Of a stretch of 64,000 bases of DNA, positions 35,740 to 44,393 are shown in pieces. Each line of letters begins with the position of its first letter. Position 1 is the first letter of the stretch. The stretch lies in the IMG/VR virus record IMGVR_UViG_3300050025_000577, one strand, 5' to 3'. This stretch comes from a virus. Both the position numbers and the translations under genes were made by a program. Below the pieces are notes generated by a model. That model did not search any database. It had not been told where the DNA came from and saw only the letters and a list, made by a program, of their open reading frames with translations.

Positions 35740-36470
35740 TGCCAGACGGCAAAACCCATACCGCCGCTACGATCCGCGGCACGTTGGCGGCTGTTCCTGT
35801 CCTTCTCCTTCAAGGCCAGCCGGCCAACCTGGTTCTGTATATGGCGCTGGGATCTTTATCGAATATTCTGTTGAGTCCGGATCTGGATCTCGATGAGGGT
35901 TACATTGGGATCCACATGATCCGCACGTATTTTGGCGACCTTCCGGCCTGGATATGGCAGATGATCTGGAAACCCTATGCCAGACTCATGCCGCACCGCT
36001 CCGTTCGTTCGCATTTCCCGGTGATCAGCACCGCGATCCGGCTGGGGTACATCTACTTTATTTATCAGGCGGTTTTTCAGACGATCAATGTGTTCTTGTT
36101 CTTTGTGGCGCGCGGCAACAGCCTCCCTGTTTACCAAATTCCAATGCAAGAGATCTGGTCTGCGATCGTCCATCCTTTCGGGGTGTGGACGGTTCGGAGT
36201 GTAAATGCCTTTTCGTATTTCTGCGGCTTGTGTTTTGCGGATACATTGCACGCATTAATGGATGTCGTATCCACAAATTTTAAACACTTTAGGAGGAACA
36301 TTGGCAGTCTATCGTTTCCGTTGTCGGAAATGCGGCCAGGTCATCGAGGTGGAGCACGGGATGACGGAGCCGCACCCAAAACGGCACAGCAAAGAATGCA
36401 AAGGGAAGTTGGTACAGGTGTACAGTTCGCCACAGGTGACCTACCGAGGGGCAGGTTTTTATACTACTGA
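35739..36470 (+). CDS. DUF2227-like metal-binding membrane protein
   Basis: MPDGKTH..LSPDLD..WKPY..HRS.RSH. Confidence 0.7.
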   Translation: MPDGKTHTAATIRGTLAAVPVLLLQGQPANLVLYMALGSLSNILLSPDLDLDEGYIGIHMIRTYFGDLPAWIWQMIWKPYARLMPHRSVRSHFPVISTAIRLGYIYFIYQAVFQTINVFLFFVARGNSLPVYQIPMQEIWSAIVHPFGVWTVRSVNAFSYFCGLCFADTLHALMDVVSTNFKHFRRNIGSLSFPLSEMRPGHRGGARDDGAAPKTAQQRMQREVGTGVQFATGDLPRGRFLYY

Positions 36471-36510
36471 CAAAAGATTGGACCAAAGAGACCCCGATGA
36501 CATGCCCTAG
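36301..36510 (+). CDS. FmdB-like zinc-ribbon protein
   Basis: YRFRCRKCG..FYTTD; TTG start after GGAGG. Confidence 0.75.
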   Translation: MAVYRFRCRKCGQVIEVEHGMTEPHPKRHSKECKGKLVQVYSSPQVTYRGAGFYTTDKRLDQRDPDDMP

Positions 36511-36847
36511 CCCTACTAAACAGTTAAGTTCCAAACGGAATACACTTGACGCAATTGGCAAACCCGTGTTAAAATATCTACATCTACGGCCTGATGAAAT
36601 TCGCGTCCTGGATGTGGCGCGTCAAGTCGGATTTGGCGAGCTTCACAATATCGAGCTTTTGGACTGCGACGCCTCCGAAGAGAGGCAAGTCAGCCCCAAT
36701 CAACAGAAATTCATCCACCTGGTTCGCTCGGACGGGATTTCGTTCATCTCCAAGATCGTCGTTCATAATGGAGAGCCCGCCGTGATCGAGATCGGCGGCA
36801 GCAGCCAGGGAATCAAGTACACACGAAAATTGAAAGTGGCAGATTAG
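36497..36847 (+). CDS. Hypothetical phage protein
   Basis: Between FmdB-like gene and portal. Confidence 0.55.
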   Translation: MTCPSPTKQLSSKRNTLDAIGKPVLKYLHLRPDEIRVLDVARQVGFGELHNIELLDCDASEERQVSPNQQKFIHLVRSDGISFISKIVVHNGEPAVIEIGGSSQGIKYTRKLKVAD

Positions 36848-36870
36848 CCGCCGCCTGACCAAACTTTTGG

Positions 36871-36900
36871 AAGGCTCTGGGATTTCCCAGAGCCTTTTTG
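36871..36900 (+). terminator. Intrinsic terminator-like hairpin before the portal gene
   Basis: AAGGCTCTGGG-ATTT-CCCAGAGCCTT-TTTG. Confidence 0.7.
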
Positions 36901-36915
36901 TTTTCCGGAGATGTG

Positions 36916-38466
36916 ATGGACCCCTTTGCGCTGGTACTTCGGCCCAATGAACTCGGCGATCTGGCGGACGTCAGTCCGTTCGTTCGCAATACCTGGGAAA
37001 GCCTTCGCATTCTGCGCTGGAAGGCGGTCCGTTATTACAGCGGCCAGATTTTCATGGAACCTGTCGCGCAAGAGGTCGGCGAAGCTGGCGGACCCCTGCT
37101 CTACCCGGTCGGGATCAATCTGATCAAGATGATCGTGCAGGCCATGACGGACGCGACATTCGGAGAATGGGATGACGCCCGCTCTGTACTGATGTGGAAA
37201 ACTCAATCTTCCAAACCGATCACCGCGGTGGAAACCGCGGCAGTGGAATATGTGACGCGGCTCATGGAAGACAGCAATGCCGCTTCCATGTTCTGGGAAC
37301 TGGAGTTCGACCGCAACCTTCAAGGCGCCGGCGTTTTGCGCGTCGTTCCCGATCTATCACGCCGCTCCCATTTGCGCTGGATCAAGATCCCACTGGATGG
37401 GTTCTACCCGATCTTCGATCCCAGTGATCCGGACACGATCCTGGAATGCTGGCAGGTGACGAACATCCTCCCCGAACAGGCGCGCGCCTTATACGGAATC
37501 GAGACCGCCGACCGCGGCACTCCGCTTTTGAAGTGCGAACACTGGACCGCCAAGGAATACACCACGACCATCGATGGGAAAAGGGTCGACATCTACAGCG
37601 GCATAAATCCTTGGGGAGTGATCCCCTACGTGTACATCCCGCGCATCCGCACCATTGATTGGTGGGGCGAAGCTCTTACGGATGATTTGTATTCCGTGCA
37701 GGATGAACTCAACATGCGCATTGCCGACACCGGCGAGGCGTTGAACTATCACTCTCATCCCGTGTATTGGGGACGAAATCTTCCCTCTACATTCAACACC
37801 ACGAATTTCCCCCTGGATCCTTCGGCCCTTTGGGACCTGGGCCGCACGCACGGAGCCAATGGAGAAACTCCCGAAGTCGGGATGCTCAAGAACGAAACTC
37901 CGGTCCCCGAGCAGATGTTCAAGTACATCGATTTTCTCTATGACTGGAGCCGCGTTTCTTCCTCTGCGCCTCCGATTGCATTCGGGGAAGACGACGGCGG
38001 CGGACAGCGGTCCGGTGTCACGCTGGAGATCCGCATGTGGCCTCTGCTCAAGGCGGTCCGGCGTTCGCGCGGCTACCTGAATACCGGATTGATGCAGGCG
38101 CTCACCATCACGGGCCGCATTCTGGCGCAGAAAAAATTCTCCGATGTGACGCCTGGCGTGGCCGATCAACTGATCACCCGCTGCGTGCTGCCGGTCTTCA
38201 ACCAGGTGATGCCGCGTGATGAGGTGGCGTTGGTGGATGAAGTTGTGAAGCTGCTTTCCACCAATCCGCCGGCCATCAGTTTGGAAACGGCTGAAGCAAA
38301 GCTCGGTCACGGCATTGCGGAGGTCGAGAAGATCGTGAAGATGATGAGCATGATCGAGGACTGGGCGCCCATTGAAAAGGCGATGAAGGCCATTCGCTCG
38401 GCGTCCGTTCCTCAGCCGAAGGCTGACAAACCCGAACCATCATCGCCGGAGGCCGATGGATCTTAG
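36916..38466 (+). CDS. Portal protein (SPP1 gp6-like)
   Basis: ~516 aa after terL; PWGVIPYVYIP, QDELN..IAD, SGVTLEIRMWPL. Confidence 0.85.
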   Translation: MDPFALVLRPNELGDLADVSPFVRNTWESLRILRWKAVRYYSGQIFMEPVAQEVGEAGGPLLYPVGINLIKMIVQAMTDATFGEWDDARSVLMWKTQSSKPITAVETAAVEYVTRLMEDSNAASMFWELEFDRNLQGAGVLRVVPDLSRRSHLRWIKIPLDGFYPIFDPSDPDTILECWQVTNILPEQARALYGIETADRGTPLLKCEHWTAKEYTTTIDGKRVDIYSGINPWGVIPYVYIPRIRTIDWWGEALTDDLYSVQDELNMRIADTGEALNYHSHPVYWGRNLPSTFNTTNFPLDPSALWDLGRTHGANGETPEVGMLKNETPVPEQMFKYIDFLYDWSRVSSSAPPIAFGEDDGGGQRSGVTLEIRMWPLLKAVRRSRGYLNTGLMQALTITGRILAQKKFSDVTPGVADQLITRCVLPVFNQVMPRDEVALVDEVVKLLSTNPPAISLETAEAKLGHGIAEVEKIVKMMSMIEDWAPIEKAMKAIRSASVPQPKADKPEPSSPEADGS

Positions 38467-39214
38467 GGTTGCATTCCCCACCGACGAGCACTTCCCATTT
38501 CAGGATGAAAACGCTCGTTCGGTTGCCTTGCAGATCATCCGGGATTTCGACCCAGATGTCCGGGTCACCTTATCAGACGGATTGGACTTTTACAGCATTT
38601 CAAGTTTTGACAAAGACCCGACGGTTCTGAAAGCCGGAGGATTGCAGAAAGAGATCGACGCCTGGATCGCAGGCCAGAAGGAATGGCTGGACGCTTCGCC
38701 TCATGCACGAGTCTATGCCATTCTTGGAAATCACGAAGACCGCTTGAGAAAGTATCTCTGGAAACATCCGGAGTTGAGCGATCTGGAAGTTTTGAAACTG
38801 GAGAACCTGCTGCACTTTGAAAGACTCAACATTCGAGGCGAGGTGCAGTTGGAGGTGGAGATCGGCGACGTCCACAAACTGGTGGTCAAGCACGGAAAGA
38901 GGATCCGCCAGCAGTCTGCGTATTCGGCACGCGCCGAGCTCGAAAAGGAGTTTTATGCGGCCAGTGTTCTCACCGGACACACCCACCGCGGAGGAACACA
39001 TTATGCGCAAACGCGTAGAGGAGTGGTTACGGCATTGGAGTGCTACTGCCTTTGCCGGCTGGACCCGGCCTACGATCCATCTCCAAACTGGCAGCAAGGC
39101 ATCGTTTTATCCACTATCAGCGAAAGCGGCATTGGCTTTGAGCCGATACTGTTCACTCGACATCTGGGGAAGGTAGTTGCCCAGTGGCGAGGCAAGGAAT
39201 ACCGCCAGGAATAG
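38456..39214 (+). CDS. Calcineurin-like metallophosphoesterase
   Basis: DEH, DGLD, GNHE, KHG, GHTHR. Confidence 0.85.
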   Translation: MDLRVAFPTDEHFPFQDENARSVALQIIRDFDPDVRVTLSDGLDFYSISSFDKDPTVLKAGGLQKEIDAWIAGQKEWLDASPHARVYAILGNHEDRLRKYLWKHPELSDLEVLKLENLLHFERLNIRGEVQLEVEIGDVHKLVVKHGKRIRQQSAYSARAELEKEFYAASVLTGHTHRGGTHYAQTRRGVVTALECYCLCRLDPAYDPSPNWQQGIVLSTISESGIGFEPILFTRHLGKVVAQWRGKEYRQE

Positions 39215-39249
39215 TTTCCGGCGACAGAAACATTTGAGGAGACGTAATC

Positions 39250-39936
39250 ATGACTGAAGATTTGACCACCGCGACCCCTGAAAGTTCCGCTGGTAACACG
39301 ACAGCAAACGTTCAGCAGACCAAAGGTGGATCGCAGACGACCCCTGCGATACCCGAAGGGTATGTACCGATCGAACGTCTGAACGGCGCCCTTCAAAAGA
39401 TCGAACAGCTCACCCTGTCCAAGAAGACCGTCGAAGATTTACTCGCAGTCGCGAACACTCGCATTGGCGAGCTTCAGGCTCACGGGAAATCCATCGAAAC
39501 TGAATGGTCAGGCAAGGTCGGTGATGCAGCCAACGCATTGAAGGGCGCTACGGATGAACGCGACGCCCTGAAGAAGGAGAATGCCTCGCTCAAGGCCGAA
39601 CAACTGAAAGTGAAACTGATCGGCGATCTTGGGCACTACAACCTCCTGGCAATTGCAGATCAAATCCCTGTTCTTGACGATCCCGCAAAACAGAAGGAAG
39701 CGATCGAGCGTATGGCGGCTTTTGCAAATTCCATCGCACAATCCCGCGAGCAGGAACTGACGGCTGGCACGACAAAAGTGACAACGCAGACAGTTCCGCA
39801 GAACGCCAGCGACCCGACCACTTCAGCGGCCTGGTCGAAATACATCGAGAGCTTCCCGTTTGGCACCCCGGAACGCGAAGCGGCCTTCAATCGATGGGGC
39901 GAATGGGCTGCAAAGCAAAAGCCACAGAGAGCATAG
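39250..39936 (+). CDS. Capsid scaffolding protein
   Basis: Coiled-coil, VP.ERL motif, directly before the capsid gene. Confidence 0.7.
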   Translation: MTEDLTTATPESSAGNTTANVQQTKGGSQTTPAIPEGYVPIERLNGALQKIEQLTLSKKTVEDLLAVANTRIGELQAHGKSIETEWSGKVGDAANALKGATDERDALKKENASLKAEQLKVKLIGDLGHYNLLAIADQIPVLDDPAKQKEAIERMAAFANSIAQSREQELTAGTTKVTTQTVPQNASDPTTSAAWSKYIESFPFGTPEREAAFNRWGEWAAKQKPQRA

Positions 39937-39973
39937 CGTTCTGACATCTTATTAATTTTATTGGAGATAAAGA

Positions 39974-41257
39974 ATGGCTGACGAACTTGAAACCGGTCTA
40001 TTGACCGCCTCTTCTCTTCCCGCCGGGCAGCGTGCCTACTACGAGGCGCGGTTGCTGGAAAACCTGCGCACGAAGTCCGTGCTGGTTCCTTTTACCGTTA
40101 TGAAAGAGGACTTCGCCCGGCGCGACACCGGCTCGGTGATCTATTCCGAAGTGTTGGACACCGAACCGAACTGGAACCCGTTCACCGAGAACGTGGTCTG
40201 GCTCAAGGGTGCGTCCCTTGACAGTCGCTCGGTCACCATCGACCTGGAAATCCATGGCGATGTGATCAAAATTTCTGACTACAACGAATTGGTCAACTAC
40301 TGGAACAACGGCGATCTGCGTGGTTTGGTGGATGGCAAGTTGGGCCAGAATATGATCGCCCATCTCGATATTCTTGCCCGCAACGCGTTCCTCTCGCACC
40401 CCACTCCGATCTTTGCGGGTGACCGTGCGGATCGCGCCAGTTTGACTTCTTCCGATCTCTTCGTTCCCGACATCGTGGAAACCGTGCGCGTTCACCTGGA
40501 AGAGAACGAGGTCCCGGGCCTCAATGCAGTCGGCGATGGCGAAAGCCGTGACATGGTCTGTGCGACCACGCCGCGCGTCATCAAGGACATCCGCACCGCT
40601 GCCGGCAGCGACTGGATCGATGTCGTGAAGTATGCCCAGCCGATGAAGAAATTCAATTCGGAAGTCGGCATGTGGGGCGGCGTGAGGTTCATCAAGACGA
40701 ACCGTAACCGCCTGCTGAACCATGGCGCAGTGGTTGCGCAGACTAACTTGGATGGCGCAACCGTTCCCGGTCAGGGCGCGGCCTCCACCGTTGACAAGGT
40801 GTATAACGTCGGCCAATCGATCTCCACGCGCTACATCCAGGTGCATGCCGTGACCGGTTTTGTGGTGGGTCAGTACATCACCGTTTCCAGCCAGAGCTCC
40901 TCCACTGCTGGCGCTCCCATCACCGAAGCAGATGGCACGCAGGAAACCCGTCGCATCGTGAGCATTGACACGGTCAACAAGCGCATTTCCCTGCACAAGC
41001 CGTTGCTGAAGCCGCATGCAGATGGCGACTTCGTAACCACCGGTCTGCATGTCCACGCTTCCATCTTCATGGGTGGCCCAGGCGTGGTTTATGGAGTGGG
41101 CGAGCGTCCTCATCCCGTGTTGCTGCCTGTGATCGACGATCTGGGCATGATCCGCAGGTTGGCGTGGCGCGGTTTCCTGAAGATGCAGTTGTTCCGCCCC
41201 GAGATGTTCTCGATTGTTGAAAGCGCCGGCTCCCTCGATGGTATTGGTGGTCTGTAG
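39974..41257 (+). CDS. Major capsid protein, N4-gp56-like, with insertion domain
   Basis: HGDVIKISD, DILARNAF, EVGMWGGVRFI, IDDLGMIRRLAWRG. Confidence 0.85.
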   Translation: MADELETGLLTASSLPAGQRAYYEARLLENLRTKSVLVPFTVMKEDFARRDTGSVIYSEVLDTEPNWNPFTENVVWLKGASLDSRSVTIDLEIHGDVIKISDYNELVNYWNNGDLRGLVDGKLGQNMIAHLDILARNAFLSHPTPIFAGDRADRASLTSSDLFVPDIVETVRVHLEENEVPGLNAVGDGESRDMVCATTPRVIKDIRTAAGSDWIDVVKYAQPMKKFNSEVGMWGGVRFIKTNRNRLLNHGAVVAQTNLDGATVPGQGAASTVDKVYNVGQSISTRYIQVHAVTGFVVGQYITVSSQSSSTAGAPITEADGTQETRRIVSIDTVNKRISLHKPLLKPHADGDFVTTGLHVHASIFMGGPGVVYGVGERPHPVLLPVIDDLGMIRRLAWRGFLKMQLFRPEMFSIVESAGSLDGIGGL

Positions 41258-41265
41258 GCGTTGAT

Positions 41266-41991
41266 ATGAACTGGGGCGATCTTGTTTCTTCTGTACAGAT
41301 AGACCTGGGCGACCTTCAAGGCACGAAGTACACCGCTGCGCGCCTGGTTGGAGCGTTCCGCTCGGCTATCAACGATGTGTCCATGTATTACCCGTTGCGC
41401 TATGACCGCGTAGCTTTAGAGGTATTTGTGGATCCGGACACCCAACAGGCAACGGACCCGAGGAAGTTCGTACTTCCTGACAACTTTATCAAAGAGATCA
41501 CGGTCGAGTGCCCGGCGGACACATTTCTGTCACTGAGACGGGATCGCCCCGGTTTCCGTCGCACGCCGCCACAGCGTCCCATGCAGTATTACACCGACAG
41601 CTCCTATCTCTATCTGGATGCCGACCCCGCGGGCGCTGTGGTCCTGGATGATACGCAGAACGCCCAAGTGCTTCTGACCTATTACGGCATACACAATATG
41701 CCGGCTGACGAAAACGACAACAGTTTTGAACTGACCGTTTCAGCACGCGACCTGGAGCTGGTCATGCTCTATATGAAAGCAGAGATGCTGGAGAGTGAAC
41801 GTTCCAAGCAATCCATTCTGGACCGCTTCAAGATGGGTAGCGGCGAACGTACCGACAACCCGGTTCGCCCGGAAGTGATCGATTACTGGGCGGAATATCG
41901 CTTGAAGATTGCGGAACGATCCGGAAAGACCATCCTGCTGGAGCGACCTCGCAGGTACCGCGGTTCCAGAGACTTTGAAGGATTGCGATGA
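41266..41991 (+). CDS. Head-tail adaptor (by position)
   Basis: Synteny after the capsid gene. Confidence 0.6.
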   Translation: MNWGDLVSSVQIDLGDLQGTKYTAARLVGAFRSAINDVSMYYPLRYDRVALEVFVDPDTQQATDPRKFVLPDNFIKEITVECPADTFLSLRRDRPGFRRTPPQRPMQYYTDSSYLYLDADPAGAVVLDDTQNAQVLLTYYGIHNMPADENDNSFELTVSARDLELVMLYMKAEMLESERSKQSILDRFKMGSGERTDNPVRPEVIDYWAEYRLKIAERSGKTILLERPRRYRGSRDFEGLR

Positions 41992-42569
41992 CAGGTATCC
42001 ACGATCTCATTCTTGCGAGAATAGAGGACGCGCTGCAAGCCGCTTTGATCGATGAGCCGACCGCGGCCCTGGCTCTAATCAAGATGACCGATCCGACGGC
42101 GACCGATCCGGCAATTGCCGGCCTGGTCCAAATTGGTCCCATCCAGGGCGATCCAACACCGGATGTCGCGCGTATCTCGGCAACCATTCACGAAAATGAT
42201 CCGGATGCCATGATGGGCGGCGCAGTGACTGGCCTAAAAAGCGATTGGGCGGATGAAATTTTCGAGGTGGAGATCGGAAGTGCGGTCACGCATTATCGAC
42301 GCTTCTCGGTCAAGATCCGCTGCCTGCTTGTGACTCATCAGGAGCCTCTACCGGAGGCGCGCACGATCGCTTCCACGGTAAGAGAACGTGCGGAGCAGGC
42401 GCTTCTGCATATGGAAGTTTCCGGCATCGGAAACGACAAGGAGTACGTTTCGCGTGGCGTTATCTCGGACGAGTTTGAAGGTGAAATGCTTCAGGCTGGC
42501 GGACCGACGGCATACGACTATCACATCAAGTTACGGTTTTCTTTATTGAGTACACGGTTAGGAGCATAA
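41988..42569 (+). CDS. Tail terminator or head completion protein (by position)
   Basis: Synteny; beta-rich. Confidence 0.55.
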   Translation: MTGIHDLILARIEDALQAALIDEPTAALALIKMTDPTATDPAIAGLVQIGPIQGDPTPDVARISATIHENDPDAMMGGAVTGLKSDWADEIFEVEIGSAVTHYRRFSVKIRCLLVTHQEPLPEARTIASTVRERAEQALLHMEVSGIGNDKEYVSRGVISDEFEGEMLQAGGPTAYDYHIKLRFSLLSTRLGA

Positions 42570-43613
42570 ATGACCGCTTCAGAAAAAACTCTTATCGGTA
42601 TTGCGGAACAAACTGCCTTTGGTACTCCCATTACGACCGACAATTCCTTTGACTACCTGCTGTTCACGCAGGGCGGTCTGTCGGTCGCGCCGGTCAACGT
42701 TCCCCTGGACATGGAAGTAGGCGGCGGCGCCGTCCTGCGGGATGTCATCAAGGGCGGCGTGGTGACCGGCGGGCAGTTGCAAGTCATCCCCCGCCCGAAC
42801 ACTCTGGGCTGGGTGATCAAAGGCATGACCGGGAATGTGGTCAGCGTGGATGGTCTCGACGGCAGTTACACGCATACCTTCACGCTCGGCGCTGATCCGT
42901 TTGCCGCTCCCTATTTCACCGCGCGCATCGCACCAGGCAATTTGTGGGGCGAACAGTATCAGGATATGCGCTTCACCAGCCTTGCGTTGCAGTGGCGCGG
43001 CGGGCGGTTCCTGACTGGCGCTTATGGATTGATCGGCGGATTGCCCGCCAAAGTTGCCAGTATGTCTTCCTGGAATGCCGCTGCCAAGATCGATGGCGGC
43101 CCGCAGTTCCTTGCTCCTCTGGGCGATATTGAACTGCCTTCCGGGACCAAGTTGAACATTCTATCCGGCTCGTTCGCGGCCCAGGCATCCATCCCACTGG
43201 ATGAACAGTGGATCGTGGGCCAGTACACGCCGCAGAATTTCGACATCACCCAGCGGGCCTACATGCTCCAGATGGCTGTCAAGATCGTGGATGACAGTCT
43301 GCAAAAGAAGATCATGTACGACCCGGCGGGCGGCTCGGCCTGGCTTGCGACCATGTTGAAAGATGGCACGGTGAAAGTCAAGTTCAGCGCCGCGGCCAAT
43401 GCCGGCACAACCCCGACCCCGTATTCGCTCGAGATCGATGCGAATGGCGTGGCCCAGGGTTCTCTGGCGAACGTTGCCTGGTCTGCCTCTCCAATCAACT
43501 TCCAGGCGGGTCGGGTGGTCGTCATGAACATCGTCGGCACGTTCCTGGCCGATCCTGCCGGTGCATCACCGATCACGATCAAACTGGTCAACACCAGGCA
43601 GTCCTACGCATAA
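42570..43613 (+). CDS. Major tail tube protein
   Basis: IGIAEQTAFGT N-terminus, YTHTF; precedes the chaperone. Confidence 0.75.
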   Translation: MTASEKTLIGIAEQTAFGTPITTDNSFDYLLFTQGGLSVAPVNVPLDMEVGGGAVLRDVIKGGVVTGGQLQVIPRPNTLGWVIKGMTGNVVSVDGLDGSYTHTFTLGADPFAAPYFTARIAPGNLWGEQYQDMRFTSLALQWRGGRFLTGAYGLIGGLPAKVASMSSWNAAAKIDGGPQFLAPLGDIELPSGTKLNILSGSFAAQASIPLDEQWIVGQYTPQNFDITQRAYMLQMAVKIVDDSLQKKIMYDPAGGSAWLATMLKDGTVKVKFSAAANAGTTPTPYSLEIDANGVAQGSLANVAWSASPINFQAGRVVVMNIVGTFLADPAGASPITIKLVNTRQSYA

Positions 43614-43664
43614 TGTTTCCGGCCCTGTGGAAACAGGGCCGCAGATTTCAAACTGGAGGTTCTC

Positions 43665-44054
43665 ATGAAGTTCGGACAATACGCTATTTTGCAGCCCGTC
43701 GAACATCGCTTCGAGCGCGAGCCTGACTGGTATTGGAAGATCAAGCCGGTCACCACGGGCGATGAGGTGGCTCTGTCGCAATTCCTGTCCGCGGAGCGGA
43801 CGGCCATCCTGCCCGATGGTTCCCGGACCGTGAAGCGCATCGCCAACATCGAAATTGCTCTCCGCGAAATCGCGCTGACGTTTGCCGGCACGAACATTAC
43901 GGATGAAAGCGGCAAGCTGATCCTTGAACAAGGCGCCACCATCGAGCAGATCGAAGCCGCGCTTCGCACGATGCCGAACGAGATGGTCAATGAGTTGTGG
44001 ACGGCGGTCGGCGATGCCATCCCAACCTGGGGGCCGGTCAAACCAAAAAACTAG
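43665..44054 (+). CDS. Tail assembly chaperone (gpG-like)
   Basis: Position; ends CCA AAA AAC TAG. Confidence 0.75.
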   Translation: MKFGQYAILQPVEHRFEREPDWYWKIKPVTTGDEVALSQFLSAERTAILPDGSRTVKRIANIEIALREIALTFAGTNITDESGKLILEQGATIEQIEAALRTMPNEMVNELWTAVGDAIPTWGPVKPKN

Positions 44055-44338
44055 AGATCGAGGCGAGCTATCACGAGCGCCTCGAGCAGATGGAAGACAC
44101 CGTCAAAGAGGCGGTGATGAATGGTACGGAAGATGTGGTGTTGAGTTTGATGATCGAGACCGCCATCAGTTCGTTCCAAACGGGTCAACCGGTCTTCTCA
44201 ACACTTTCCGAGGAGCCCTTGTTTTTCCGCCGCTACTTTAAACGTTGGGTACGAGAGGCAATGGCTGACATTGCGGCGCTGAAGAAGGCAGAACAATATG
44301 GAGCGGACGAGTTGGCGCGCACACTCCAGGCTTCATAG
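44045..44338 (+). CDS. gpGT-like extension produced by -1 frameshift
   Basis: A-AAA-AAC at 44045-51; -1 frame open to 44338. Confidence 0.7.
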   Translation, partial: KKLEIEASYHERLEQMEDTVKEAVMNGTEDVVLSLMIETAISSFQTGQPVFSTLSEEPLFFRRYFKRWVREAMADIAALKKAEQYGADELARTLQAS

Positions 44339-44393
44339 AAAGGATGGGAGCAGCGAGGCTACGCCTCCGGTCTCGCTGCTCCCGACCAGGATC

